Source: Candidatus Moanibacter sp.
Lineage (GTDB): Bacteria > Verrucomicrobiota > Verrucomicrobiia > Opitutales > UBA2987
Length of the DNA: 64,000 nt
Direction of reading: 5' to 3'
Assembly: GCA_965215885.1 (NCBI GenBank)
Contig: CBDCEW010000075.1
Location: 13,582 to 77,581, forward strand
A model generated the notes under the pieces. It was not told where the DNA came from. It searched no databases and was given only the letters and a program-made list of their open reading frames with translations. Of this stretch, positions 63,166 to 64,000 are shown in pieces. The translations under genes and the position numbers were made by a program. Positions within the stretch are counted from its first letter, which is position 1. Each line of letters opens with the position of its first letter.

Positions 63166-64000
63166 AAATCGGACGTTTAGTCTCCTAGGTTCTGCTATTA
63201 GGAAGATCTGGGGTCGTTTGGTATAGGTGGTAAGGAAGGAGCGGAGTCGATGTCACCGGAACTTGAGCGCCTTTCCTAAAGCAAAGCATAATTGATATTT
63301 CATACTGACATCGTCCACTGGTAGCATCTCCGCCTGCCTCTGTATTACAATCCGGCAGAACCTTGTTTTTCTAGCAGGTTTTTGCGTAGAAGAGGTTGGT
63401 ATTCAATAAACTGCGGTCGACAAGGTTTGGGACAAGGTTCGCGACGAGGTTACCCAAGGGAAGTAGGAGTTCTTCTGTATTCGCGTCCATCTGCGTGCAT
63501 CTTCGGTTCTCTATTTCTTTTTTGGTTGGGGCTCGGCTTCTCTGGCTTACCGTGGTTCATGGCGCACGGAACTGGAAGGAAAACCGCTAACACGTCGCCG
63601 ACGGCAGCAACTTTGTCGTCGTTTTCGGGTGCTCTGTCGATCAAGCTGACGACGAAGCTTACGATTAAGGGCGGAAGGAGCCTCTTCTGTCTTGTCGTTA
63701 TTCCAATCTGGTTGCCCGTTTGAGAGCCTCAGGGCCCTGAATCTGTCGCAGGCCGGCCGAAGGCAGCCTTAGTGCCCGACAAATTCCCAGTTATATTCAG
63801 GCTGGATTTTCCTTCCCGATTCCGCCAACCTTGCGGAAATGCAAAGGACTATCGTATCAGCTATCCTCTTGGCGACTCTCCAGTTCCTGCATGCGGAAGA
63901 GGTTGCTCTTTATCTGGAACCCGACAGAGAAACCGAAGCCGTCGCGGAATTGGAAGCCGACGACGAACGCCTGGTAACCGCCGAATCAGTCATGGATGAA

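Overview
64 kb of bacterial chromosome. Gene content and style suggest a Verrucomicrobia (Opitutales-like) organism; this is inference only. Housekeeping blocks: TPR-dnaG-rpoD-tatA, ispA, M20/M48 peptidases, purH, thiG-thiH-thiS with a beta-CASP nuclease and nucleoside hydrolase, large NAD-glutamate dehydrogenase, glgA, msrPQ, upp, ribokinase, PhoX, sucA-sucB-lpdA, a CysJ-like reductase with fabG-acpP-fabF, and an RluB-like synthase. Accessory DNA: a PEP-CTERM protein with an internal duplication; a decayed biosynthetic operon (IS-split IPMDH-like dehydrogenase, isochorismatase stub, standalone A-T-TE NRPS-like enzyme lacking the amino-binding Asp); and four complete IS elements with readable ends and target duplications (ISNCY/IS5-like, IS4, IS66, DUF4338-ISAs1). 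The most striking unexplained structure is non-coding. First, several MITE families sit on CTAG sites, stack end-to-end and overlap TAG stop codons. Second, at 34.7-38.0 kb Uma2 endonuclease genes alternate with a triplicated non-coding block that is more conserved than the genes. Third, degenerate ~100-bp hairpin arrays with variable loops recur across the window. Several small frameshifts and one insertion-riddled IS fragment may be assembly errors. No CRISPR array, tRNA or rRNA was seen.
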